A stretch of 62,873 nt of DNA, filler included, from Vannella sp. (Eukaryota): the NCBI GenBank assembly GCA_023345925.1. It is 6 parts of 6 records of this genome, joined end to end, with 100 filler letters (N's around TTAATTAATTAA, not from the genome) between each part and the next. Parts side by side here need not be neighbours in the genome. Positions count along the whole stretch, not along the records: positions 21,011 to 30,402 come from JAJQQN010000998.1; positions 30,503 to 38,320 come from JAJQQN010000512.1; 4 more parts are not named here. One strand, 5' to 3'. Under the pieces are notes generated by a model, which was not told the DNA's origin, did no database searches, and saw only the letters and a list, made by a program, of their open reading frames with translations. How positions within the stretch are numbered: position 1 is the stretch's first letter; each line of letters opens with the position of its first letter. Both the position numbers and the translations under genes were made by a program. Positions 22,719-35,781 of the stretch are shown piece after piece.

Positions 22719-25700
22719 TCACAAGGTTGAAAGGCGAGAGTGTGCATTTTGCTCTCTTTGTTCAGGGGCAAGTCGATCTGTTATTCCGACTGGAATATTA
22801 ATCACCAAGGCAATATCGGGTTCTCCCAAGAGAGAGCCAACTCCAACCCTCCCGCTACCTTCGGCACAGATGGCGTGGGTAACAAAATCACAAGAAGTGC
22901 ATTGGAATAGGCGCCAATGTTTCGAGTTGCCATTATTCTCGGTGTCCTCTTCTCTATCACGGATTTCGCGGGTGGAATGCTTCAGATTACTGATATCGAG
23001 GTTCTCCTTGTTGGTAAAGCCCCAGAGAAGCTCAGGAGCTGGGTAGTTATAGTAGATTCGCATCTGCTCCAAGAACCCAGCACAGCTTAGGCTGGGGCAA
23101 TCTGCGGACGGTGAATGGGGGCCACAATCACATGCAAGTGGATTAGAATGGCGGCGCATGTGAGGAAACGGAAGTGTTGCAGAGTAGGAGGAAGCGCCAC
23201 AAAGGCACTGATACTGCTTGACATTCGAGCGCTGTCGCCGCTGGTAGAACTTGCAAAGGTCCCTGACAAATCGTTCGTCCGGCTCAATGACATAACGTTG
23301 GTTTCGGACACGGATAAACGCCTCAAAGTAAGTGCACTGACACGTGGATATTAGATACCCAATCACCACGAGTGCTGAACGATTAATCCCTTCTTGGCTG
23401 TACACCAAAACCCGTCCACCTGCCCGTTGGGCTTTCTTGATAAAGGTCACAACGTTTCCAAGGGATGTAGAAAGGCTCTGGGGACGAAGAGGATTGATCG
23501 TAAGACGCATAGAGACAAATTGCATGGGATATTCGTATTCCTTGTCACTACAATTCACTAAGTGTGTTATCCCAAGCTTTCTGAGAGCAGCCTTATCCCT
23601 TGTTGCTGGCTCTGCGGACAAGTAAAGGAAGTCTTCAATGCGGCTGAGGTTATGAAGAAAGTATTCGGGCATATTGTTGGGCGCCCTGGGGAATATCGGC
23701 AACTTATTTTGGGAAATGGTATGCATCAATGGAAGGGCTTTGACGGATTTGTCATGTTGTTGTGGCCCATCTGAACGGGATATAACTTTTCTCGCTCTTC
23801 CTCTCGTACTCTCATCGTTTGATCGTTCAACTTGAGGCGAGTTTTCATGACTGTTTTGGCTATCGCTTTGACTGCTCTCCCAAGCAGAAGAGTCCAACAC
23901 GCAATGGGATTTGCTCATTAAAGCGGGAGTCGATTCAACCTCTGCCGGCGCTGCTACCAAGGAGGGTAGGGACTGCTGATGTAGTCCAGAACTGGTGAGA
24001 GAATCAGTTTTACCCTTGTCCCTCTTTAGTTCGAGCGAGTCTCGAGGACCCGAGCTATTTGCAATCACTCTGAGTCCACGGGGTGCTGGTATTCGAGGGC
24101 TGTAGGCTGGAGCAGCCTGAGAGATCAAGCGGCTGCGAATGTACTTAAAGCGTTTGATGGTATCCGTGATAGAAGGACGACGACGCGGATCTCGACACAA
24201 GATGAACTCCAGGAACTCAATAATGATCCGATTGTTACCAATTTTAGCTTTCTTCTCGGGGGTCAGCAGCTCTTCGTTTACTGCTGTCACTCGAATATAG
24301 AAGCGCACCCAATCTTGATCGTAAAATAGAAACTCTCCAGTCAAAAGCTCGTACAAGAGGCATCCTAACGACCAGATATCACTTGGTGTACTTGCACCAA
24401 CCTTCTTGCGGCGATCATAAGTACTTCGCGTCTTTTGAGAAGCGTAGGCGACTGCAAGCATCTCTGGTGACTTGGTAAACTCTGTGCCACGATTTCGAGT
24501 GGTGTAACCGTCAAGCTCTTCGACGAACACCTTGGCCTCGCCGAAATCTGCAATACAAACAGAGAAGCTTGGAATATCAGTGACGGGGGACCAGAAACGT
24601 TCCTCATCCTCTGGGGTCCAGTTATCTTCATCCAATGGAGAGATCAGGAAGTTATCGCATTTCACATCAAAGTGATTCACTCCGTTCTGGCTGAGGAACT
24701 GGAAGTTATTGAGCACGTTCATGTAAACGTTGAGGTAAAGAGCCAAGTTATCCTCGATAGAAGCGGTCTGCTTTTCCCTCCAATGTTTTAGCGAGCATTT
24801 GTACTTGCGCATGGTAATCCAATAATATTCTTCATCTGTCCCGAAATCATACATTCGCGAGATTCTTGAATCTGATTGGAAGCGATCCAGCACCAAGATT
24901 TCATCGTAGATATCATGAAGAACGCATCTATCGTGGATTGTCTTTGGAACTTCCATGAGCTTAATAGCTACGCTCATAGTTTGGCAGTCTGGCTTGACAC
25001 GGGAGCGATAAACTGTCCCGTAGGCGCCTGTCGCAAGACGGGTCAGGTCATTGTAGATATCTTTCCTAAACAAGGCAGGGCACAGGAGCTTCAATAAGCG
25101 CGCAGAATCGTTACTTTCCTTCATGACTTGGTCAGCAAGTAGTGGAAGCAGTGCTGCATTGCTCGAATGGATGAGATGCTCTCGTAACAGAAATGGGATA
25201 TTCATCTTCTTGTTATCCAGAGGGAATTGGTCGCAGTAAAGAGGCTCTAAAGTACCTCGTTGAGTCACTAACAAGGACAGAATCAATTGAATAAAGGTAA
25301 TGTGAATAGTTTGCGAGCAATACATCTTGCTTTTGCTTCGCTCCAAATTGTAGTGATACTGAGCCTCCTCCTCATCCCTTCCAGTTCCTGTTAATTCCTC
25401 CGCAGATTCCTGATTCTTGGCTCGGTGGAGAAGCAATTGCCACTTGACGTTGGTCGCGTTGGCTTGTTCTTCTAGTTTAGAGAGGCCACCAAGTGCTGAT
25501 CGTGGCTCACTGATGTGGCTACCAGCTTGACGATCAGAATTAGAATTATCTCCCTTTGTTGGGCAGTTCGTGAGTGAAGGGATGATTGGCTTCCCTCCTT
25601 TGAGAACCTTAGCAGTCCCTTGACTCTTGTTTGCTGTGGAGAGTAGCACCAGAGCTAAAGAAGAGCTGCGATCTCCTTTGGTTGGACAGTTGGAACCGAG

Positions 25701-28700
25701 TGATGGGATAACTGGCTTGTTGGCTGCCGCTTTCGCGGTCGGCTTCTTCGATGTTGGAGACTTTTGATTCTCTCCTTTTACGGGACAATTCTGTAGTGTA
25801 GGAATCTGCAATATTAATCCTAATCCAGGTTTCTTCTTTGGGACAACCTCGGAGGAGGATGTTTCTTCCTCATCCTCCTCTTCTTCTTCCTCAGTCCCCT
25901 CAGTTTCTTCTTCCTCTTCGCTCTCTTCAACTTCAGCTACAGACTCTGTGCTTTCACTCTCCTCGCTAGTCTCTTCTTCTTCCTCAGAGCTGCTATCATA
26001 CGATGATTCAGAGGCTGAATCCAGATCTGAGCGGCGGTCTTGCACGGTAACCTCATCGTCCCATTGGTCTGAGTCAGAGTCCGAGCGCGACTCTTGGTGA
26101 GGAACCTCAAAAGTAAGAGAGTTGCGAGTAGCCAAATGACGCGCAGAATTAGGGACATTCCGCTTTGGCTTCGTCCTGAAAACATTTCGGGCTGAAAGTG
26201 GAGCACCCAGAACCAAACTAGGAGCAAATTTTCTCTTAGGAGAAGCAGCTGGCTTTGAAACATCAAACAAACTCATGTGTGACCGATTAGAAGCGGGTGG
26301 AAGGAGTTGCGGCAGTGGCGAGCGAGATTTTGGAAGGTTTGGCGATTTCATAGTTTGCCCTTTCTTCACTGCTTTCTTGGGGGCTTCTTGTTTCGGACTC
26401 TTTTTCAAAAATCCTGCGGCAGCAGGAATGGGTAAGGTAACAGGATTTTTCGGCGATAATGGAGAAAGGACTGGTCTTGGAGGAGGCGCGCGCCCGGCTT
26501 CATACTCTAATGAAACATGGTGGACCAAAAAGTCCATCACCCTCAACTGGTAAAATTTGAGGGTGACAGGAACCGTCTTCTGCTTTGCGAAAGACAGGAG
26601 AAGGCGTAGAAGTGCATCAATAAGATTCATGGTGTCTTGGTCATCTTCAATGTTGTGGTACAAGCGAATGAAGGATAGATAAGCGTGACCAATGTAAGCA
26701 TCTGCATAATTCTTGCTCCGAATGAGCGAGCCATCATCAATATCCAGAGCACATTCCACGAAAGAGAGCAACTCTCTCTGCAATTCAAGGTATAGGGTTG
26801 TTCCTTTCAGCTCTGAAAGGATGCGAAGAACGTAGCCTTGGGTTGGATGTAAAAGGAACTCAAAATCTCGCAATTGGCGCCCCCACTCTGAGGGTGGCTG
26901 TCGTTTGATAAGTTTCAAGCAGCAGGAAAAGTGGAAAACAATCTGGCGTCGGAATTGACTGATGTGAGTGGGTGAGTCTCTCACGCTGGCCACACATTGA
27001 GCGTAACTCCGCTCAAGAGACTTATTAAATAGCACTTGGCAAGTATAATGACGATAATACCGCCAACGCTCTCGATTTTCCAAGATAACAAACCGGAGAA
27101 AGCTATCATAATCGCTATGAGGGCTTCCAACCACCAGTTGGTCAAATACTGATAGAAGAGCATTCACAAGCGGGAGCATTTCAACATTAGAAGTATTGAT
27201 CCGCCCTCGAGAGAGCGCAAAATCCTGGATGCATAGTAACAGCTCCATACAAACGTCGCTCACTTGTGGAGACATCACTCTGGTGGTACAATCTCGCATG
27301 TAATCACTCAAAAGAAGAAGTTGGATTTCCATTTCGGCATAATCTCGTTTCTCAAAAGCAGGGCCAAGCCTGTTATAGACTCTGCAAATGAACAAGTCCA
27401 TCTTTTTGCGCATTTGAAGCGCCTTTTTGAAAGATAGAGAGGCAGTAAGCTTTGGGAATAGAGACAAATGACGATATTCTGTGTACTGCGCCAGGTTTGC
27501 CAGGTTTGCAAATAGAAGCCCGACATAGCTTTGGTCCTTCGAGAGGAGAGGATGCGCTCTTGCGACAATCAACTCGCTGTAGAAGAGGTTGATTGGCTTG
27601 GGAAGATACTCAAGATGTTCCCAGTGTTCAGCAACTTGAAGAAGAATCTTAAGGATCCAGCATTTGATCTGGTAATAAGAGGAATCATGGAGATTAGTTA
27701 AACCTTGAACCAGAACACGGTCGTTGTATGTTCCTGAAGTTACCCGCCTCTTGACAGTTTGTTTGATGTTCTGCTTTCTTGCAGTGACGGCATTGTCGTC
27801 TTGAATGTAGAAGAGCAATGAAGTAAGTCCAGAAGTGACGAAGCTCTCGCCTACACTAATTGCTAGATCTTGAAGCTCCTCGACTGGTTTCTTCTTGAAC
27901 TTCGTCTCTGTCTTGTTAAGTTTCGGGGTTTTTGGAGCAAGTTCGAGACCTGTCGGAAGGCTCAACTTTGGGATGAAAAATTTGGTCTTTGGAGACATCA
28001 TCGGGGCGCGTCTATCACTCTTCTGCGATTTAGAATGCCTTGACGAGCGCTGTGAAACTGGGATTTGATCGTCTTCTCCATCGGAGTCGCTGTATATGTA
28101 CTCTTCCTCATTGAAGCGTGGGGATGTCGTTGGGCTCAACATGGGGGACGCAAGATTGCGTTCTACCTCTCCACCTGGATTGGCACTATCTCCAAGAAGG
28201 AGCACACTTGCACGCACATAAGCCACTATCAATTTTGAAGTTCCCAGACTCTCAACAAAGAGCTTTCTCATATGGTAAGTCAGAGGCTCCCAATTAAAGG
28301 TATTACATACCGACCGGAAGACGGGCAGGCTTATTAGAGCCTCTATTAACTGATATAGACCTGGGCATTCAGCTTCCAGAGTATTACTGGCAAGTACATA
28401 GGCTAAGCGAGACCCAAGACGATGAGCACCGCGAGGGTTCCCTTCAAGAAGGTGCCTCAGTATCTTCACTGGGAGGGTGTTGTGCGAGGTTCCGTCACCA
28501 TTTCGAAGGATAACTTGAAGGCATAGGTTCAAAAGCCCTAAATCAATCCATTCCATCTTATCAGACGAAGTATGAAGCGCTACCACGCTCTTGAGGATAG
28601 TAAAAAGCAAGGCTTTGACTTCTTCAGGAGGTGCCCTCCACCTAGGTATCTTAGTAGCCTCCTTAAGGCCTATTGCTGCGGTCAGACGCTCGAGAATGCG

Positions 28701-29683
28701 CTGCTTTTGTTTGGGCGTCACGAGCGGCCCTGTCTGTTCAATCTCTGACATGGCATTGGGGTCAGCAGGGGTCAGTAATGTTGAAAGATCCTGCTCCTTT
28801 CCAGTGAAGAGATCTATATCGCGCTGGTACCCCAAAGCATGTCGAATCAGCAGCTTATCCTCGCTACTGATGCCCAGAAACTCGCTGACTAGGAATTGAT
28901 TGAAGGACTGAAGAGGATACCTTTTGCCTTCCATGTACGCTTCAAAGCGGCCTTCTGTCATGTCCACACGGATGACAGCTTCGTGGATTGCATTTCCGCC
29001 TCTCCGACGTAAGACCACATTCGGGCCGTCTGGGAAGATAATGAACTTCCTGTAGAGTAGCTCTGTGTGCCTTGTCGCGTCTTCTTGCTCCTCTGAAGGT
29101 CCTTTGTCAGTACAACGGCCAAAACCAAGAACGGGTTCCCTCACCAATGAAGTTGACGTTGTTGATCAACTCTGTGGTGAAAAGACGTAGCGCAGGGATG
29201 AACTCTTCCTTGATCCTCTTCATGAGACGAAGGTCCTTGGCGTGGGCCTTCAGATGAAGCATCGCTCCTGAGGGGCGGCCTATCTTCACTGCTACCTCAG
29301 GTAGAGCTCGGTGGACCACTAGATTCTTGTACTTGCTAGTTACTACAATGCTAAGGATGTGTTAATCTCCTCACGGCGCTCCTCCAGGCGGACTGAAGCA
29401 TACCCAAAGGAGTTGGACGATTTGGGGTTCTTTCCCCTTCCCCCGTTCAAGGAGTTTGTCTTGCTGGCTTTGTTCCTCTCCTCTGGCATCTCTTGTGCGG
29501 TCCTATCCACTCGCATCATCGATGTGGCAGGCGGTTGGATCTCGATCGCCCCCTCTTTACTCTGGGTTAGCGTGTCTTATCCCTGTTCAGCCACGCACCA
29601 GCTTGCTTCGCATTCAAGATGTTGAGAGTAAAGTGTTCCTCTCTCACTCCCAGGAAGCTGGTCACGACCAAGCCCACAGACAT
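22719..29683 (-). CDS. >2200-aa protein: helical N-terminus, Ser/Thr kinase, dual-specificity pseudophosphatase and Cys-rich C-terminal domain
   Basis: Kinase motifs LATGAYGTVY, VAIK, HFDVKCDN, DFG, SPE and DIWSLG. DSP fold LYLS..LRKLGITHLVN...RVLVYSQEGINRSA. Three small 5' exons inferred from GT-AG introns; start uncertain. Confidence 0.88.
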
Positions 29684-30222
29684 GTCTCCGCCCGCCCTCG
29701 ACCCTAAAAACTGTTTTCATTTACCTGCCGATGTATTGTTTCTAAACTTCTTGAAGGGACACCGATGAAAAGCCGGGAGCTCGCTGGGAGAGAAGTCAGA
29801 GAGAATTCACCTCCCCAGCCAACCACGCGAGAGTATCCGTCCGCTAGGCACGGTTGAAAAGTACCTCTAAATTCGATCGGGACCTTTACCAATGAACTTT
29901 TTATGTGTTTTGATCGCGGTGCTTGTTGGGGCTCATTTTTTTGACCAAACGATGGAAAAGTGATCCAAATTCATTTGGCTCCTACAGTTTGTCATCCATC
30001 TCCCGCGGACAGGAAGGATGGCTATGCTTGAGATATGGTATTTGTCGTTGTAGAGAGCTACTTAATCACCCGATTATCACTCACCCTGCAAAGTTATCAC
30101 CCAAAAACATAGGCTAACTTTTTCTGGAAAACACTTGGTCTGGACGCATAAAGTTCAGGCATTGTAATGCAAAGTTTGGATAAACTGAATGAGAATTAAA
30201 AAATGCCTTCCCAGTTTTGCAG

Positions 30223-30402
30223 CTAGCAGAGACAGCAAGCGAGATTCTTCTGGTCGGACTTTGGAGCTTTGAGAAAAGAATGCAGATTAGTTGGTTCACT
30301 TTCCTTGGAACCACACTGTGAAGGTGGAACCCCTTGGTATTGAGGGGAGTTGCGCGAGAGTGAGTCGTTCCGCACAGATTCATTGGGGTATTGCTTGATA
30401 GG
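30223..30402 (-). CDS. Possible 3' end of a truncated gene ending ...LACCLC*
   Basis: Open frame from the contig edge to TAG. The Cys-rich C-terminus resembles a lipidation signal. Confidence 0.3.
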   Translation of the reverse strand, partial: PIKQYPNESVRNDSLSRNSPQYQGVPPSQCGSKESEPTNLHSFLKAPKSDQKNLACCLC

Positions 30403-30502
30403 NNNNNNNNNNNNNNNNNNNNNNNNNNNNNNNNNNNNNNNNNNNNTTAATTAATTAANNNNNNNNNNNNNNNNNNNNNNNNNNNNNNNNNNNNNNNNNN
30501 NN
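30403..30502. other. Artificial contig spacer
   Basis: N44-TTAATTAATTAA-N44. Confidence 0.98.
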
Positions 30503-31138
30503 CCCAATCCTTACGGTGGTACTGGAGCTGCGCCTAATCCTTATGGTGGCACTGGAGCTGCACCTAACCCTTATGGGGCCACTGCAGCGCCCAATCCCTA
30601 TGGCGCTCAGCCAAGTCACGGCGCGCCTGCTAATCCTTATGGAGCCCCTGCGGCAAGCCCTTATGGACAACCAGGAGCGACTCCCCAAGGAGCCTATGGT
30701 GCCCCTGCTGCTAATCCTTATGGTCAGCTACCTGCACAGCAACCCCAACAAGGATATGGCCAGCCTCAAGGAGCCTTTGGTGCCCCACCACAACAAGGGT
30801 ACGGAGCTCCACCTCAGCAAGGATATGGAGCTCCTGCTGCCAATCCTTATGGACAGCCGGCTCCCCAAGGAGCTTATGGTGCCCCTGCTGCTAATCCTTA
30901 TGGCCAACCCCAACAAGGATATGGCCAGCCTCAAGGAACCTATGGAGCCCCATCACAGCAGTATGGAGCCCCTCCGACTAATCCTTATGGCCAAGCTCCT
31001 GCGCAGGGATACGGACAACCAGCTCCTCAACAGGGATATGGACAACCCCAACCTCCTCAACAGGGATATGGACAGCCCCAGGCTTATGGACAAGCTCCTC
31101 AAGGGTATGGACAAGCTCCAGGTTACGGACCACGATAA
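30503..31138 (+). CDS. C-terminal low-complexity P/G/Q/Y/A repeat region (NPYG, QQGYG) of a 5'-truncated protein
   Basis: The frame starting at 30503 reads [15 protein letters not shown]...PQQGYGQP...GYGPR*, with third-position variation between repeats. Confidence 0.85.
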   Translation, partial: PNPYGGTGAAPNPYGGTGAAPNPYGATAAPNPYGAQPSHGAPANPYGAPAASPYGQPGATPQGAYGAPAANPYGQLPAQQPQQGYGQPQGAFGAPPQQGYGAPPQQGYGAPAANPYGQPAPQGAYGAPAANPYGQPQQGYGQPQGTYGAPSQQYGAPPTNPYGQAPAQGYGQPAPQQGYGQPQPPQQGYGQPQAYGQAPQGYGQAPGYGPR

Positions 31139-31265
31139 GTCCTAATAAATCAGAAAAGTCAGCGAATTTTCGTCGATTTTTCAATTGGCAAGTATGTTTC
31201 CTGGAAGTGCAAAATGTTCTCTCTTCCTCAAGGGCAACAGCAGTTCTCTCCCTCCTCTTGCAAAG

Positions 31266-33067
<1,802 letters not shown>

Positions 33068-33142
33068 ACTACTTCCTTGTATTCCCTTTTGGCCCAGTCC
33101 ATCGTAAATAAACCGGATCCTCTACTTATGAACTTCAAGCCT

Positions 33143-34405
33143 TCATTCGAGTCCTTGAATGCCATCTGGAGTCACAACAAAGAAGCAAGCTTCTGAAGAC
33201 AAAGTGGAAGAAAAAACCACGCGCAGCTCTCTCACAATCGAAGTGATTGGTTCCAGCCGTGGTCTCTTGGAGGGAGGTTCGGTGTCTTCGGCTGGATTGG
33301 GTTCAATCTCAAACTTTTGCTGGGTCCGAAGGAGCATTATTCGGGTGTTGACACACTTGGACCACGCCAATCCCATCGCAGGAAGAAGCTTTCCGGCGGC
33401 ACCTGGACCCATGGCAGCAGAGGATTGGTCTTCAAACTTGTCAGTCACTTGATTGGTCACAACGATGGCCAGGTTGTAGATATCAGCGAGCTTCCGTAGC
33501 TGCGAACTAATCATCCACAGAGTCCTAGACCGTTCTATTGCACCTCCTCCCTCCGAACGGATCAAAGAAGCAATCGAGTCAATCACTATGAGCTTGATGT
33601 TGGCGGACGCATTGTTGAGCTGCATAGGAAGCTTATCGCTTAACAAAGACCACAAATCAGCCAGATCTGATGTCTGTTGGGGGAACACTTGGCTGAATGG
33701 CTCAGAAACAGTAAACCCGGCTTCACTCTCCCTTTTCACAAAGGCACTCCCCATCTGGCGAAATCTGGCGGATGGGAATCCACCATTGGTTGTAATATAC
33801 AAGGTTTTGCCTCCTAGACCTCCTCGATCCGTGGGAAGAGAGCATTGGAGTGCAACTTGAAGACAGAATTGAGTCTTCCCGCTGGAAGCTTCCCCAGCGA
33901 TCTCTGTTATTGACTTGGTGAGTATACCCCCATGGAGGACTCCATCTATTTGCTGTGATGCGGTGCTAAGCCGCCGATGGCACAGTTTCGGGTCGGCCTG
34001 GAGCATCGAGGCCGACATTCGCTTGGGTATTAGTCCAGCAGAGACCTCATCAACAAGAGCTTGTACTTGTACAGCACTTATCTTCAGCTCCCGTTGAATG
34101 TGCGTCAGTGGGGCGTTGAAAAGGTCCTCGACAGTGAGGATTTGCATCTTCTTTGCCAAGTTGTTCACAAGCAGAGTGTGGATAGCATTCTGAACGACTG
34201 ATTTAAGTGGCAAGCATCCAAGGGTACCCTTCATCGAGCTCTCCAGGTGCACAGGTACAAACTCTTCTTCAAAAGCCCTCGAAACCTCTTTCACCACCTC
34301 CTTCTCCTCCTCTTCAGTGACTTCCTCAGTCTCTTGATCCTCCGCAAAGGAATGGCGTTTCCTCTTCGTAACAACCTCGTCCCCTCTCACCAGAACCTCG
34401 GACAT
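33143..34405 (-). CDS. XRCC3: Rad51 paralogue, XRCC3-like
   Basis: EIAGEASSGKTQFCLQ, GGLGGKTLYITT..FPS.R, LIVIDSIA, VTNQV and PAMGLAWSKCVNTR. Confidence 0.85.
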   Translation of the reverse strand: MSEVLVRGDEVVTKRKRHSFAEDQETEEVTEEEEKEVVKEVSRAFEEEFVPVHLESSMKGTLGCLPLKSVVQNAIHTLLVNNLAKKMQILTVEDLFNAPLTHIQRELKISAVQVQALVDEVSAGLIPKRMSASMLQADPKLCHRRLSTASQQIDGVLHGGILTKSITEIAGEASSGKTQFCLQVALQCSLPTDRGGLGGKTLYITTNGGFPSARFRQMGSAFVKRESEAGFTVSEPFSQVFPQQTSDLADLWSLLSDKLPMQLNNASANIKLIVIDSIASLIRSEGGGAIERSRTLWMISSQLRKLADIYNLAIVVTNQVTDKFEDQSSAAMGPGAAGKLLPAMGLAWSKCVNTRIMLLRTQQKFEIEPNPAEDTEPPSKRPRLEPITSIVRELRVVFSSTLSSEACFFVVTPDGIQGLE

Positions 34406-34552
34406 ACGCGGGACAGAAAATGGCCAAGAGAAGAAAAGGGTCCAGAGGATTTTCATTTCCAGGAATTTTGAAAACTCTCAGCCAATCAGCTTCCGTCCAT
34501 GAGAAACGACGCTGGCGATGGGGAAATGTTCTCATTGTGTGGCAGCTCAAGG

Positions 34553-35473
34553 ATGATCACAGCTGCGGTGATTGGAGTGGGGGGAGTGGCAGTAGGAGGA
34601 GCTGCTGTTGGGGCAGCGGGGACGTATGCGATGTATCGGAAGAGCAAGAAGAACCAGAAGATGAAGAAGAACACGGCGGAGTCCGAGCAGCAAGAGAAGT
34701 TGGAGTGCTTATCATGGGATGAGCTTCTCCTGAAGGAGCCTGAAAAGAAGAGGGACAAGTTCCTTTGGTTTGCTTTGGCGTGCAAAGCACCAACTCACGG
34801 AGAAGCTTTCGGCTACCACAAGAAGGCAAGCTCTATGGGCCATTTGGGGGCTCGATGCGCCCTTGGAAGAGGATTCAAAGATGGCGCCTTTCAGCCACAA
34901 TCCGAAGAGATGGCGCTTGATCACTTCCTTAGTGCATCAGAGCATGGACACGAGGATTCAACGATCGAGGCTGCTCGAATCTATGAATCGCGTGAGAACT
35001 GGAAGGAGGCCAAGCGAATGTATCGCCGCCTGATCCGACTGGAACTTGCAGACGACCATATCAAGGAGAGGCACGGTCTGTAGCTTTGGTGATTATGCCT
35101 GCAAGACTGACTTGAAGTAGCTTTCCTCAAGTTGCGACTGGCCAGTGGACAGGAGCAGAGTGCCTTTGGACTAGAATTGATGGAAAAGGGAAATACTCTC
35201 GAAGCTATCGACTGGTTTCAGCTCGCAGCGGGGCAAGATGACCCAGAGGGACTTTATCAGATGGGCAAAATGTGCTGGGAAGGAGCTGAGAATGTAGAAC
35301 AAAATCAAGATACGGGATTGATTCATCTCTTGGCCGCTTCTCGCCTTGGTCACGTTGATGCCTCCAAGATGGCAGCTTCCATCTTTGAAGAGAAAGGGAT
35401 GAAAGATGAAGCCGCAGCATGCCTGCGAAAGTGTAAAAAGAGGATGGGAAGCTCTGCCCAAATCTTCAAGTAG
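34553..35473 (+). CDS. Sel1-like repeat protein with an N-terminal TM anchor (2 exons)
   Basis: KKASSMGH..A...LG, AIDWFQLAAGQDDPEGLYQMG and AASRLGHVDA; hydrophobic N-terminus followed by a basic stretch. Confidence 0.82.
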
Positions 35474-35781
35474 CTGAGTGGCCTGTCTGGACACTCATTC
35501 ACCAGTCTGTCCGGTCAGATAGAACGCTGAACAATCCGAATCAGACCATCCTGCCCCAATTCAGCTCACGAGAAGCTTGATTAGTAAACTAACCCTTGTA
35601 AATACATCAAAATGATCATCTGTTGAGCTGGACAAAGACGGATGCGGAAAAGTTGCAGGAAAGAAAAAACTTTTCCGGCGGCCGTGTTGGCCACGCCCAA
35701 AAGCCAATCCTTTGCTTCATTCGAGGGCTCGTCTCTGGTGATGTCTTTGTTGCCTTCATTCATCGCCAGTTCCATTTCCAC

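Noticed and set aside
25860..26090. TCT/TCC-rich simple repeat
   Set aside because: Encodes an ordinary acidic/Ser linker of the large kinase.
29700..30220. About 500-nt non-coding stretch as a possible ncRNA
   Set aside because: No recognisable snRNA, snoRNA or tRNA motif or stable stem seen; probably promoter/UTR.
30516..31145. 209-aa LLILM-repeat ORF from the track
   Set aside because: Off-frame reading of the NPYG/QGYG repeats; the variation pattern favours the frame starting at 30503.
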